From Chlorokybus atmophyticus (taxonomy: Eukaryota > Plantae > Mesostigma and Chlorokybus algae), in assembly GCA_009103225.1 (NCBI GenBank), contig RHPI01003156.1, forward strand, positions 1,174,159-1,238,158: a stretch of DNA of 64,000 nucleotides, written 5' to 3'. Positions 24,481-41,607 of the stretch are shown piece by piece. How positions within the stretch are numbered: position 1 is the first letter of the stretch; every line of letters starts with the position of its first letter. Under the pieces are notes generated by a model. It saw nothing but the letters and a program-made list of their open reading frames with translations. It was not told the DNA's origin and searched no databases. The position numbers and the translations under genes were made by a program.

Positions 24481-25903
24481 GATCACCATGGCAATGCCAG
24501 CTTAGCCATAGAGCTATTGCATGATGGCGTCAAGTCCAATTGCATTGCATCTCAGGTTCTAAGCATGGAGGAAGACAGCTATGACAAGTATTGTTACCAA
24601 CAAGCACCCTTCAAGCTATTCCTTTGCAAGTCGGGCATGCGTAATGTTGACACCGGCAACGGCATTAACATGTCACCTCACTTACAAAGCTGTCATCAAC
24701 CAACCCAAGAGCCATCGCGCGTGACCAAATTTTGTGATATTCATGGCCATTTTTGGCCTTATTTGTAAGGTACATGTTTTTTATGACTTGTGGCGGATAT
24801 CGGCGAGTTATGAGTCTGCCGCGGATATCGACCGGGGCCCCAAGACCAGTCCGGAAGGTGCCAGAAAACGGAGGGCCAGTCGAGAAGGGCTCGACCAGAT
24901 TTCTGGAAGGGCCTGGCGCCAAGTAGTATAACTTGACCATATGAGCAGCAAATTAGGAGATCTTTGGTGCGTTGGAAAGGTCTAGAAGTGTACTACAAGA
25001 TTCTGCAAGAATATCTTAGCTTCTAGTTCCGTCTAGCGCTAGAATCGTCTAGACAGTAGCATGTGCAGACTGGTAGGTATAAAAGTGACATTCTACAATT
25101 TGCAATACAACCTTTAGCTCCCTAGTTTCTGGTGTGCAAGCTTGGTGGTGGTTAGCAGGGGTTGCTAGCGTGTGGCCACTAGTGTGTGCTTGCTTGTGTG
25201 ACGATCCAAGGCGCTACACAAGTCGGTGTGTAGCTTCGAGCGCATGCGCGTGTGTACGCGAGTGGCAGGGCGCGCGTGTGTGCTTGGCAAAGGGGGCAAG
25301 GTTCCGGTGTGAATACTGTGCCTTGGTGGTTGTGGATTGGACCAACTCACAGGTAGCAAGGCACGAGCACCGTCACAGTAACCATGTCGCAAATTTTACA
25401 TGGTGACTGTCTAAGGATTGAGGGACTGACGGGCTCCTGACCCTGCCTGACCTAACGGATTGGTCCATGAAGGGACTTATAAAACGGCCGGTGTTACTCA
25501 GCAACATTTAATGACGGCCAGCGGTCGGCTGATAGCTACACGCGAGTAAAGCCTGCCTGCGATGAGTACAACGTAACGTCACCGCATCTTCAAATGACGG
25601 CCAATCGCCGGTCGTCTATTTTGCTCGATAGCGACCTATCTAGCATAGCAGACAATTACCATTCGGTCATTTCTTGCGACAATCGGCCGCCGGTCGTACC
25701 ATAACCACCTTGCCGTATGCGCGGCGGCTTGCCTACTATGGCAAGCCAGTCACTGTCAGTCCCTATTCCGTGACCTACCTGCTTGTCGATGAGTCGATGA
25801 GACGACAGACCACTGGTCGTCCGTTAGTGCGGCGGCGACCTACAAATTATAACAATTAAGTGACCGCCCGTCCTTTATTGCCGGCGAGCAATGCGGAATG
25901 ATG

Positions 25904-26413
25904 GTACATGCAACTAATGTACCATACAAATGGTACGAAAACCCCGTTATAACAATAGCACCATCCTACCATTTTCATGGTACGATGGTGCCATTGTGAC
26001 AACGCGTTTGAATCACTTGGGTTGCCTTAGGTACAAAAGCTCAACGGCTTCAAGCAAGTTAAACAGTTAAGTTGTGTGATGGCGGCGGCGGCGGCGGCGG
26101 CGGATAGTAAACAAGTTTGCTTGGTGCTAACGTTGTGTTATGCGCAACAGCGCATGCGGCCTAACCGCCCTTCTTTCTATGATTATTTCATTATTACTGA
26201 CGACGCTCACGTGAGGTATCTAATCATGATTGAACAGTACCCAACAGGTACCTTTAAAGGTGGTACCTTCAATAATGGCAGGTACTATGAGGTACCTGTT
26301 AGTTATAATCCATTAGTGTATAGTCGCCGGTAGCTAACTATTAGGTACCGATTGGTTACTTGTCGGTTAGGTTAAGTCCTTTTTGCTTGGGTGATGGGTA
26401 TCCTTACAGGTAC
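25904..26413. promoter_or_regulatory. Distal GTAC cluster (12 copies, mostly GGTAC)
   Basis: GTAC at 25904, 25919, 25933, 25980, 26031, 26237, 26248, 26263, 26282, 26292, 26345, 26410. About 2 are expected in 510 bp at uniform composition. Confidence 0.45.
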
Positions 26414-27908
26414 CTGTCAGTTGAAGTTAGTCCCTTTATGCATACGGTCGTCGACTGATGGTAACGGCCGTTATGCTCAAGCCCTTGTATCAAGACCGCC
26501 GGCAGACTGAACAACGACAGTCTGATGGAGTATTCTCAGACCCACGACCGTCTTATATATTTGGTCGGCCGTCAGGGGTAACCCGCAAGAGGAGCATAAG
26601 ATGAGAGTTATAATCAAGGATGCTATACAAGAGGTCGTAGCAGATGTCAAGGCGCAAGCACGCAAGGCAGTTGAGTGGGTGCTGGCAGATTTTTATCAAC
26701 GCTTCCCGCCGGATGACTTGTTGGAAGCGTTCCCCATTTTGCAACCAGCATACTAGACATTTTGCTCAATAAAATCTCAAGAAGAGTTTGATGAGAAGGC
26801 GTTAGCAACAGCTGGCACACTATTTCGCACGTACGGCAACGATGCAACACTCAGCCGACGGCATGCGTGTGCAGGCAGCGACTGATGCTGCCAAAGTAGA
26901 GCGAGAGTGAGACAGTTTCTGGTTCAGGATGATAGCAGATGCTAAGCGTATCACCAACAGCACAACGACACAAGGATTCTGAGTCACAACGTTGGGAAAC
27001 TCGGTTGTTGCCGACCGCATGTCTGAGTGCGTTCGGCTGGCCCATATGATGTTCATATTCCCGGTTGGTAGTATAGACAACGAGCGCGACTTAATTTGCA
27101 TAAATCTCGTCAAGGACACTTACCGCCATAAGCTTGCGTCTCAATGTGTGTGCATGTGGCTCGTTGCCGATTTACATATGCAGATATCTGCATAGTACAC
27201 ACGTCACAAGTGTGGCTGGGTAGAAAGAAGCGGCACATGCGATGCGTTGCATGACTCTATATGCTTTAATGCAATTTGCTTGTTGAGATGAAGCTTCCAC
27301 TACAAGTTATTTGTGGCAATTGTAAAAACCATGCTTTTGCCACATTTAGCAAGTTGATTGCTTACTATGAGGTTATTGCCACTGCATGGCGAGTAGCTAC
27401 ACAATGAACGGCCACTTCAACGCACATTGCCACATCGGCATGCGCACCAAACCCTTAGCAAACAACCCTGCTTATAACGCAATTCACTACCGGTATTCAA
27501 GCCAAGTTTTTTTATATTTCGGCTTGAAACTCACAAGCAAACATGCCTCAGCGCGCAAATGTGATCTACCAGTGTGCCATCTGGCAATAATTCTTGCAGC
27601 GGCCTCTCCGTTAGAGCGCCGCCACCCGCGCTCCGACCTGCAGACTGCCGGGCAAAACTGCAAAGCGTGGCGTCAGGCGAGCCCCGACGAAGTGCTTGCT
27701 TTGCTCCGTGGGCGCGCGCCTGTATCGTGGCTTTGAGCATGCCACTCTCAAACGGTTGCATTTGCAGCGTCGCACTGCTGACATAAGCTAGCTCATCGAA
27801 AGAGTTTGTAGCAGACCGCCAACTCGCTGTTCTGACCGTAAATCTGAGTGTATCGCACCATCGGTTTGGTGCGATACACTCGCGTCTCTATCCCGCCCTG
27901 CAGCAGCC

Positions 27909-28103
27909 GTACGGCGTGCGCATGAACAATAGTACAACGCCGTACACTTTACTACGAATGTATTGCCTTTCAATTCCCGTTGTACAAGTTGTTCTATGCA
28001 GAGCATTGTCGGAGCCTGTAAACGTTGCCACGACGTTACTGAGACATTGCGGCGGAGTGCATGCTCGTACAAGATTTGTACCAAACACGTACGACTACTG
28101 TAC
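27909..28103 (+). promoter_or_regulatory. Proximal GTAC cluster (8 copies), candidate copper-response elements (SBP-box CRR1/SPL7 sites) of the Spondin gene
   Basis: GTAC at 27909, 27932, 27942, 27982, 28067, 28078, 28089, 28100, which is 64-258 bp upstream of the ATG at 28167. Fewer than 1 is expected by chance. Confidence 0.65.
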
Positions 28104-28166
28104 GGCCTGGGAGTATTCCCGCCGCCAACTTCACATTGCTGGCCAGTTTTGCGCTATTCTGCAAAC

Positions 28167-29856
<1,690 letters not shown>

Positions 29857-30659
29857 AGTGGTGCTGTTGGTTACTCTTTCGTTTCCCACTTAGGACCTTC
29901 AAGAGAAGCAAAGCTCTCACCTGTAGTGAGAGGTTGTTAGAGCCATACTGCTCTTGATGCCCGCATCCCTGCCTTTTGTGATTCCATTCTGTTTGGCCTT
30001 TTCATGCCAGTGTGTGCTGTGGTGTTGCTCTGAAATCCCTGAACTACGTGTATGTCGTAAGATGTGAAGAGTCAGCAATGTTTGTGCTTTGAGCACATTC
30101 GCGAATACCTTTGTCGGCTGATATTTACATATAACATGTGCATGCTTGTGTGAGCTCGCGTGTGCTTGTACTTGTGTGCTTGAGTGCGGACTTGCATCAG
30201 CAATACTTGGTCAGCGTCCGAATATCGATGGCCTGCAGCCGCTGTACAGTCAGCCGCGTGATCTCACCACAGACGGCACCAGAGCCCTTACAAGCTGGCG
30301 GCAGCCGCCATAGCCTCCATTTGCAAAGCGCATGGCACAGCACACCTCGCCCTTCCCCACCCCCTTCGCCCTTTCAAAGGGTGAAGGGCGTGTGGCCCTT
30401 GCCGTTGTCGTTGTCTTGCTTGCCTGCACGGCTGGTACGGCAGCCACAACCTGGGTCTGGTTATCCATGGTGCGGGACCTATAACTGAAATTTAACCATC
30501 CAACCTATTGCAGCAGGTCTGCCTACTTGCCTATGCTACTTTGCTCTCTTGCCTTTCCCGCCTTCACCTCGCCACATAGGTAGTCTTTGCACCTGCCCCG
30601 TCCTTAATTAAAATGCAAGTGACTGCGACCTTAGTGCATCCAAGCCGGCCCGCGACAGA

Positions 30660-31070
30660 AAGCTGTTGGTGGACGTTATGGTCACGGCGTGTGAGGATCG
30701 AGCTGGCGGCCTTGCGAGCAGCGGAAGCGGCGAAGCGGCATAACTATGGTGACCACTCGCCAAGAGACACCTTCTACCCGCTGGTGATGGACACAGAGGA
30801 CGCTGGCAGAGGACTTCCAGCACGTGCTGCGTTTACATGCGCGCCACATCGTCACGGTGCGCTGGGCGGACCCACGGCATCTAGAGGGCTTCATCCGCTT
30901 GCCATTAGCGTGTGACATGCGCCTTGCAGCAGGTGCAGGCAATACCGATCTTGGAGCGAGGAGCTGCGGCGGTGGCCGCGGTGCCGAGATGGGGTCCAGT
31001 GCCATCTGAGCCCGGGCTCAAGGCCCTTCGTCTACTGAGGCAGACACAGCGCTTGCTAACGGGGTGTGCG
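30660..31070 (+). mobile_element. 3' fragment of a REL-endonuclease non-LTR retrotransposon (degenerate)
   Basis: LLVDVMVTA..., FYPLVMDT, CALQQVQAIPILERGAAAVAAVPRWGP. Clearly homologous to the copy at 58.8-59.3 kb; frameshifted. Confidence 0.55.
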
Positions 31071-32625
31071 GTAAGAGTTGTGTGTGGTTTGTGTGCAGTT
31101 GAGCATAGTGGCAGCACTGACAGCAAACGCTTGCATGTTAATGATAATGGAGGTTGTGATGCATGTCCTTGGTTGATTGCATCAATACCACCGAAAAGCC
31201 TATTGGTAACATATATGTTACGTGCGTTAAATTGCATTGGACCTACTGAACATCCTATGTATAATTATTGCTTGCTTGCTTGTGTCTATGCTTGCTTACC
31301 ACACGTGTCATGTGTTGCACAACCCCACTCAGAGTGCATGAAAAAATGCGATGGATTGTGCTTCGCGCAACTCTGTCGTCTAAGTTATATGTGCATGCGG
31401 TGTGTCTAGCGCAAATGATACTTGTGGAGCACCTTGTTTGTGTTGACACATGTTAGCAATAGCTTGCACTGGCGCTACATCATGACTACGATACGTACAT
31501 TAGACTATAATAGTCTACAGCTGAATTGTTTTTTGTGAGCAGATCGATGATGAGAAAGCATGCCCACTGTGTTACAACATGCCATAAGTGTCTTTAATTT
31601 ATGTACTTGCTATATAAAGCAGAATGGTGCACACAACATGCACGTCGTATCATGGCTTGGGGGCAGCTTCTGGCATTCTCGTGTGCCGGCTATGTTCTTG
31701 AGCTGTGCTGTGCGATAATGCACGAGTTGGCATACGTGTGAATCCTTGAGGGGAGCAGCTGGTCTGCCCTCATGCAATTTGAGGCTGCTTCGGCTTTTGA
31801 AACAGCTTGTATTTGCTCATGTCATGCATAACAAAAAATTTACTGACGTGCACTAGTCAGACTGCCGACACAGGTCTCAAGTTGGCAGTGGTAGGGCCGC
31901 TCTCTCTCATTACTAGTACAGCAACATCGTCACACATAGCTACGTACTGTCATCCATGCCTATTACATCGTCACACCAAGCTACGCACTGTCATCTCTGC
32001 CTATCACTGCACAAGGGCCGCTACAGTGGTGTAGCTGCTGCCGGTGCGATACGTGTTGTAACGCCGTGGCGGTGGCACGGGGCAGGGCCTAGAGCACAGC
32101 ACAGCATAGCACTTTGTTATCCTACCAACGCCCAATGTGAGGCGTAACTGGCTGCTTTGTAACCCGGATGATTGGTTGGTTGAGCCATTACTGCATTACT
32201 GCTGCCAACTGCCCCATTGCATAGCACATTACATAACATCACTTGAAGAAGCGAGTAAATGACCCAAGTGTAATGTTAATTGCCTACACTCGTTGTGCCT
32301 GCTCGGCTTGCCCTCCTATGCAACTCTACCTGTGCTCGCATGTCTGTCACGAAAGTTCAAAAAGCTCATTAAACATGCCAAGCAAAGAGAAGCTTGTCAA
32401 CTGGCATGAGCGCCCAACGTGCATTTGAGAACGTTACGCCTTACAGCTGGTCTGCCGAGCTAGCGCAACTGTGCATGATTGAATGCCATATTCATCGGTA
32501 AAGTCAACACATCCATACGGCAGACCTGTCTACTACGCATCCGGACAGATGTGCGCATCCCCATGCACCAATGAGATGAGCATCTCTCATATCAGCCAGC
32601 AAATCGCCGACTGAACAGTTTGCAT

Positions 32626-35103
<2,478 letters not shown>

Positions 35104-35283
35104 GCTTGATGATCTAATGCTTGCCAGCAGCACGCAACACCCGAGATATAACAGCCAAAGACGAAAACAACCCTCGCCACCGATGACACAGCCGTCGCCG
35201 CCGCCGCCGCCGCCAGCAACGCCCTCAGCGCCAACAACCGCAGGTTGGATGTAGTGATGGGTCCGCTCGTGACTGAATCGTGA

Positions 35284-35298
35284 CTGAAACCCTAATTC
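35284..35298. promoter_or_regulatory. Telo-box in the 440-bp divergent RPT1 / OAS-TL promoter
   Basis: CTGAAACCCTAATTC, identical to 931-945 and preceded by GTGACTGAATCGTGAC. Confidence 0.55.
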
Positions 35299-35543
35299 AC
35301 CCTCGATATACGAAAGCAATGCCACGAAAGTGCTTTATTAGTTCAAAGCGCTTCAATGCCATTGAATTCAATCAATGGTGCTTTGCACTTTTTCCAAAGC
35401 AGGACAATTTCGCTCATAGCTGCGGCCGTGTCTGTGTCTGTGTGCGGGTTGTTGGCGTAGGCGGCGGGATAGGCGGCGTCAGCGTCCGGTTGTTAGCCAC
35501 CTGGTCTGAGGGTTGTGTGTTGGGGAGTGGTGCGGCGGTTGCG

Positions 35544-37503
35544 ATGGCGGCGTCAGGGACTCTCGCTTCTCCTGCGCTTGCTGCGCCTGCGGCGGTTGCA
35601 GCAGCGGCAGTCAAGCCGTCGGCGCTGAGGTCCTCCTCTTTGTTGTCGTCGTCATCGTCTTTGTCGTCATCTGGTTTGTGCTTCCGTTCCGCCGCAATGC
35701 CGCTCGCTGCCGTGCGCTGCAGGAGGAGAAGCCTTGCGGTGCGGGCTGAAGCGGTGGCCACGGAGAAGGTGAGGGAGCGCGGTTTTGTTCTTTTTTCTAC
35801 GCTGTTGAGGTTAGGGTTAGATTTTCTTGTTGCTCTCATATTTCTGCTGCAACTGCATGCTTGTGACGCATGCCTGCCCGTCTAACGCACTTGACAGCTA
35901 GCGATGTATTTCATGTTCAAGTTTTACGCTGGTAGAGTGAGCATGCCGTCAGTCATCTGTGCGTAGTACTGACTCTATGCATGCGCGGGGATGTTCGCAC
36001 AGAGTGACTGGGAACATGCCACCATGCACAACTACTGTGACGCTCAACTCTTGTTGGCGCTTGTTGCTGTGACTAGCCTTTAATACTTGTGTGCACACCA
36101 AACGTAGTGATGCTTGTCCATCGCGTGTTTGCCATGCGAAACTTTAGTCCATCAGCATGCCAAGCTCACTGGTAATGATTGCATGACCGTCCCATGCGTT
36201 TGCAGGCTACCAGCGAGCAGGGTCAGCAGCTGCTCAACATTGCGGATAACGTGACGGAGCTGATTGGCAAGACGCCCATGGTCTACCTTAACCGCGTGAC
36301 GGAGGGTTGCGTGGCGCACATCGCCGCGAAGCTGGAGATCATGGAGCCGTGCTGCAGCGTGAAGGACCGCATTGGCAACTCCATGATTCTCGATGCCGAG
36401 GAGAAGGGTATGATAACACCCGGCAAGACCACGCTTGTCGAGCCCACGAGCGGAAACACCGGTATTGGCCTCGCCTTCATTGCCGCTGCAAAGGGCTACA
36501 AGCTCGTACTCACCATGCCGGCGTCGATGAGTCTTGAGCGCCGCATCCTGCTGCGCGCTTTCGGCGCCGAGCTCGTGCTCACCGACCCCGCCAAAGGCAT
36601 GAAGGGCGCTATTAAGAAGGCCGAGGAGATCGCCGCGACCATCCAGGACTCTTACATCCTGCAGCAGTTTCAGAACCCTGCAAACCCCGCCGTTCACAGA
36701 CAAACCACCGGCCCTGAGATTTGGGAGGACACTGCGGGTCTTGTTGATGTCTTGGTCTGCGGCATTGGCACGGGTGGGACAGTCACCGGCGCTGGCTCCT
36801 ACCTCAAGGAGCAGAACCCCAACTTGCATGTGAGCTGTCAACCTTCTCTTTGCATTACGAGGCAACATGGTGCCTGTTGTGTGCTTGTCTTGATTGGTGT
36901 AGATCAAATATGTTGGTTGTCTTGCAGATTGTTGGCGTGGAGCCAACAGAGAGCCCAGTGCTGTCGGGCGGCAAGCCCGGACCTCACAAGATTCAAGGCA
37001 TCGGTGCGGGCTTCATCCCGGGCATCCTTGATGTGGGTCTTCTAGATGAAATCATTCAAGTGTCCAGCGATGATTCGATTGCCATGGCGCGCGATCTTGC
37101 GTTGAAGGAGGGACTGCTGGTGCGTGCATTGCATTTGGCTCATCCTTATGCACACATTGAGGCACTACCGTACGCATACCACACATGGTCTTGCCAGTGA
37201 TTACCTGATTACGTGCTCGCCTTCAGGTTGGCATTTCTTCCGGTGCTGCAGTCCAAGCCGCCCTTCAGGTTGCCAAGCGCCCAGAGTTCCGTGGCAAGCT
37301 CATCGCGGTATGCACATATGCCATTAACCTTCATATTGGTTACAACTTACTACTCTATGTTCACCGGTTCCGGGTTGTCTCATGTGCGTGTGCATTGGCA
37401 GGTGGTGTTGCCCAGCTTTGGGGAGCGATATCTGACATCAGTGTTGTTTCAAGCCATCCGAGAAGAAGCAGAGAAAATGACGCCTGTGCCGGTAGACATA
37501 TAA
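35544..37503 (+). CDS. cysK: O-acetylserine (thiol) lyase / cysteine synthase, plant CysK type, plastid-targeted
   Basis: Transit peptide (Ser/Ala-rich, ...LAVRA). [13 protein letters not shown] lysine in [40 protein letters not shown]-binding loop [22 protein letters not shown]. Confidence 0.95.
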
Positions 37504-38329
37504 GTACAGATTGTGCTCCTGAGGCAAAGCTAGTACTGGTGTTGTGCTGTAATCCCCCAAACCATCAAACCACAGGTCTATGTGCATCAATCGGATGGCT
37601 ATACCATGGCTGTGTATAGACCACCTTGTCATTCGTATATGCATGTGCTATGGGAACATCACGGAGAGGTTGTGCGGGTGCGACAGTCGTAACCATTTTT
37701 GTCACCATGTCAACAATGTTGTGCCAATGGTTGTCAACATAATTGTGAGTGTCTAAAAGATAGTATGCTAGATTAGTAGCATGCATGGTAGATTAGTAGC
37801 ATGTGCGTGTGTACACCCATCACACATATGTGAAGTGTATATAAAGGGTAAGCTATTATGAGTGCACGCAAGGTATCACACCCACAACAACGGCGTGAAG
37901 CATGCAACGCAAGCAACACACCATACAGTCTAGCACTTATATTCACTTGTGCGCGCGCGTGCCGATTGTGATACAATATTATCAGTGCAAGTAATATAAT
38001 CACAATCTGTTCATCATACAGTTGCAAATGTACAGAGTAATTCTGTACAGCTAGATACTTGCATGCGCTTGTTCTCGTGCTGATGCTTGCGCTGGGTTGC
38101 CTCTTGCGTCTGTCATACTTGGTTGCGTACTATCATACTATCATACTATCATACAATCCATAATAAGCTGGCCAATATGATAGATGCACCACATGCATGT
38201 ATCATGATCACTTGCATTGTCCGTACACATGCAGCCACACCGCGCAGGGAGTCCGTGCCTGCCGTGCATGCGTACTAACCGCAATCCCAAGACCGCAGTC
38301 GACTGCACGATAGCGGGTGGGCGGAGGTG

Positions 38330-38524
38330 GTGGCGGGGATGTGGGCGGAGGAGGAGGGGGAGTCCGGTTGGGGTCTGCTGCTGCTGGCATCGCTGCAAGG
38401 ATGGAAGCACTAACCAGCGGCCGTGGTGTAGGTGACTTGATGCTTGCAGGCTGGTCTAACGGGGATCGGGGCAGTAGTGAAGCTTGGTAGTGAGCTAGTT
38501 GCTGACTGTGTGTAGCCCGGTGGT
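38330..38524 (+). repeat. Dispersed repeat copy ending in TAGCCCGGTGGT
   Basis: GCCGTGGTGTAGGTGACT, CTAACGGGG and TAGCCCGGTGGT (38513-38524). Aligns by eye with 50140-50305 and 22.7-23.3 kb. Confidence 0.5.
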
Positions 38525-40214
38525 TAATAACCTTGGTAGTGAATATTGCCGTGTGCATTGCGTTTTTTGCATGTGTGCTGTGGATTGCATGTGTCAGCAC
38601 AGTCACATGCATCACATTGCATATTTTCTACACACGCACGCACACACGCATGCATGCATGCATACGTCAATTTGCACAACATGCGCACACAAACAAGTTA
38701 CACAACAATAGCTAGCAACAAACAGCAAGCGCACAGCAAGAAGGCAGTCAACAGCCAGCAATATAAGAGGAGCAAACTAGCAAATTGTTACCTACCCCCG
38801 GGGCTCTATGCTATGGCTAGTGCTCTATGTGTGTGCAGTGCGAAGGGCAAGCAGCTGCGAGGGCGTAGTGGACCGACATGTGGAGGAGCGAGGGAGGGAG
38901 GATGCATGTGCTCGTTTCAGCCTATCATCTTTTGTACGCACTCACAAACGCACACACACTGCAGACGTACCTAGTGCATGCAGGCAGAGACAAGGGCTGT
39001 TTTACGTGTGGACAATGAATTACATGCAAGGCGTGGTCAGGCAAGGCGAAACAGGCAAGCATAGCAGTTTTGACTATAATCGACCGATTTTACAACAATG
39101 TCAATAATGTTAATGACGTCAATAATGTTAATAATGTTGACGTAATTAACTTTATTCACAATAATGTCAGTAATGTCAACAATGAAATATCACATAAAGC
39201 ACATTTATTGCTTAATTAATCATGCTTCAGCAATTCGTGACTAAATGCTCAAGTTGATGTAAATCGAAAACACGGCTATATAAGGATGGCCACTAGCCTT
39301 CAACACGGAGTTGATGTTGCAATTAATTATGTGTCAGCGTTGGACAAATTTATAACAGTTTAACATATGTGTCCAATAACACTATACTTGAAACTTGTAT
39401 TTTTGTGTTGATAATACATTTTGCATATGTTATTTGGGATATGCACATGGTGCAATGCAGTGTTGCAAGTCCATGTGCATGTCATTGGACAATGACATTG
39501 TGGTACTTGGCTTTTTGCATGCCGTGTCCCAACTTGGGGCAAGAAGGCGGCTAGGGTGTCCTTGCCGCGGACTCATCAACAGCGCCAGTCCACGTCAGCG
39601 CCTACTCGTCCACTGACAAGACTGTGCTTGCCAGAGGAACGGCTGGCTCAGCATCCTGGCGGCTGCGTCACTGGGCAGAGACAAAGACTTGCGTGAACAT
39701 TTCGTCGTGCATTGTGGTGAATAGCATGTGCATGAAGCAGGCTGTATAAAGAGACGTTGTCCTGTTAGCAGCCGCCGCGGTGCATGCGAGGCTAAGCTGT
39801 GGCTCTGTAGTGATGGCCCGTTGATGGTGGCACAGGCAAGTAGCAGGGGAGGATTGGACACAGACTGCGACGCCTTGTGGCTGCCCAGCTGCGTCACAAG
39901 GCGTGGCCTAATCTGACGTGACTGCGTCATTTGGCCTGGGCGCGGCCTGGTCTTGGCTGGGGTTTGCTCTCTCCTCCTGCTGGCTCGTTGGGGGGGCGCC
40001 TTGGTGTAGTCTGGTGACTTCTACCACATTGAGCTGACCCTTGGGCTGATCTACCTAGCTCAGAGAGCGGACCAGGCTACCAGGCCAAGCCAAGGAGTTG
40101 CCTGTGTTCGCTGCTGAGGGACGGAAGCAGCTCTTGTGAAGTCACCTAGCAAGCGAGCAAACGAGAAGACAAGTAGCTAACCAGAAGGTGGAAAACGGAC
40201 GAGAGGGAAAGCGA

Positions 40215-41141
40215 ATGGCCAATATGCCGCTGGAGATATCCGTGATGCAGTCGTACTGCGTAAAGAAAGCGCAGAAGCTGTGGCTGCGGCGCAGAGGAGG
40301 AGGAGGAGGAGGAGGGGTTGGTCCGGACCAAGGGCAATACCGCCGCCTGCGAGAAAATCCTGCCACCCAAGACAAGGGTGAGTAACGAGCTGTTTTGGTT
40401 CGGCCAGCTATTGAGACAACCCTTGCACCTGCATGGGCGTCCACCCACACACACGCACACGTGCGTGCGTACATGCCAATGTAAATGCCAGAGAGCATGG
40501 GTGCGCACATGCACATACACACACACGTTTTGACATGCTCACTGCCACATGTTGATGCCTGCGCAGAGCATGTGCACGCATGCAGTCACACACAGCAAAC
40601 TCCCAGCACGGTCGCATACACGCACATTTGTGTAATTATGAGTGCGCATGCATTCAAACGCACAGGACTGAGGGCGTACAAATGCTGACACATGCACGAC
40701 CACGCAATTACAGGGGTGAAGAAGCCGGACGTGAAGTACATACTAGTGGATGGGCAGCTTGTCCTTGAAGAAAGCGGCGCATCACAACCAAGCTGCATGC
40801 CAATCCTGCCACGGCGGCGAAGAAAAAAGGCTCAACAACAACAGCTGGCAGCATTGCCTCCATTGCGCGCGAACATTACAGCAGTGTCGGGTGCGGCAGC
40901 AGATGCACAACATTCCATCACACAACACAACAAGAAGACAAAAATGAAGTACAAGCTGTGGCCCAAATTTCTCGTGCGCGTATATGCAGCATACTGTGGA
41001 ATGCTGTCGAAACCAACTTTCGGCATCAGCGCCCCTGTTGGCAAAAAGGCGCTTGAGTGCGCCAATGAAGTCAAGAGGACATACGTCGTCCCCGAAAAGT
41101 TTGTGTGGCCCACTCAGGTGGTGTTCTCTGCTGCAGCATAG
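40215..41141 (+). CDS. Small basic protein of unknown function (two exons)
   Basis: Exon 40215-40377 (donor G|GTGAGT) and exon 40714-41141 splice in frame: MANMPLEISVMQSYCVKKAQKLWLRRR..QYRRL....KLWPKFLVRVYAAYCGML...PEKFVWPTQVVFSAAA*. Motifs resemble an uncharacterised land-plant family (YW-RRR-Y-RL ... P-K-L-RDAY-MM), from memory and unverified. Confidence 0.55.
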
Positions 41142-41607
41142 TTGGGTGGGATTTGGGGCGCAGTTCTGAGGGGACGCAGCATTGGGGGTGAAGCGTGCAC
41201 ATCGGTGGGGTTAACTGTACGAAGTGAGCAATAACGCGCAACACACTTGTCAGTCTACAGTGCCGTTTGCATTATGCTTTGGGGCGTGTCCTGTTTGCAA
41301 CGTGGTTTGGCAGTGGTTGTCTGTACTATGGAGTGCATAGTGTAGTGGATCTTTGGAAAACTATGCTAGTAATAGGTGGTTGTTACTCTAGCTACTTCCT
41401 GCTCAGGCTTGTAACAAGGTGTGCTTTGTCATTCCAAGTGTGATGCACAATGCTCGACTTCAAGCATACCAAGTAGCTTGCCAGCATGCTCTCGATATAC
41501 TCAACGCAAATGCTGGCACTGAGCTTTGTCTTGGCATCTAATTGCTGAAAGGAAATGTACAGTGCATCAATAGTTGCATCACAACTGAAACCAACCAATG
41601 TGTCGCT

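Noticed and set aside
25488-25700. CRISPR-like array
   Set aside because: Only three short, degenerate motifs in eukaryotic DNA, with no cas genes.
26480-27800. Helitron or other transposase remnant on the minus strand
   Set aside because: Fragmentary frames with only vague resemblance; no diagnostic Rep/helicase or DDE motif.
35805-35825. Telomeric repeat (GGTTAGGGTTAG)
   Set aside because: Only about two units, inside the OAS-TL first intron.
38511-38560. tRNA gene or tRNA-SINE head at GTAGCCCGGTGGT
   Set aside because: A-box-like only; no B-box or cloverleaf downstream, and the shared homology lies upstream of the motif.
39540-40140. Short ORFs upstream of the small basic gene
   Set aside because: No recognisable domain, no consistent exon chain, multiple stops.
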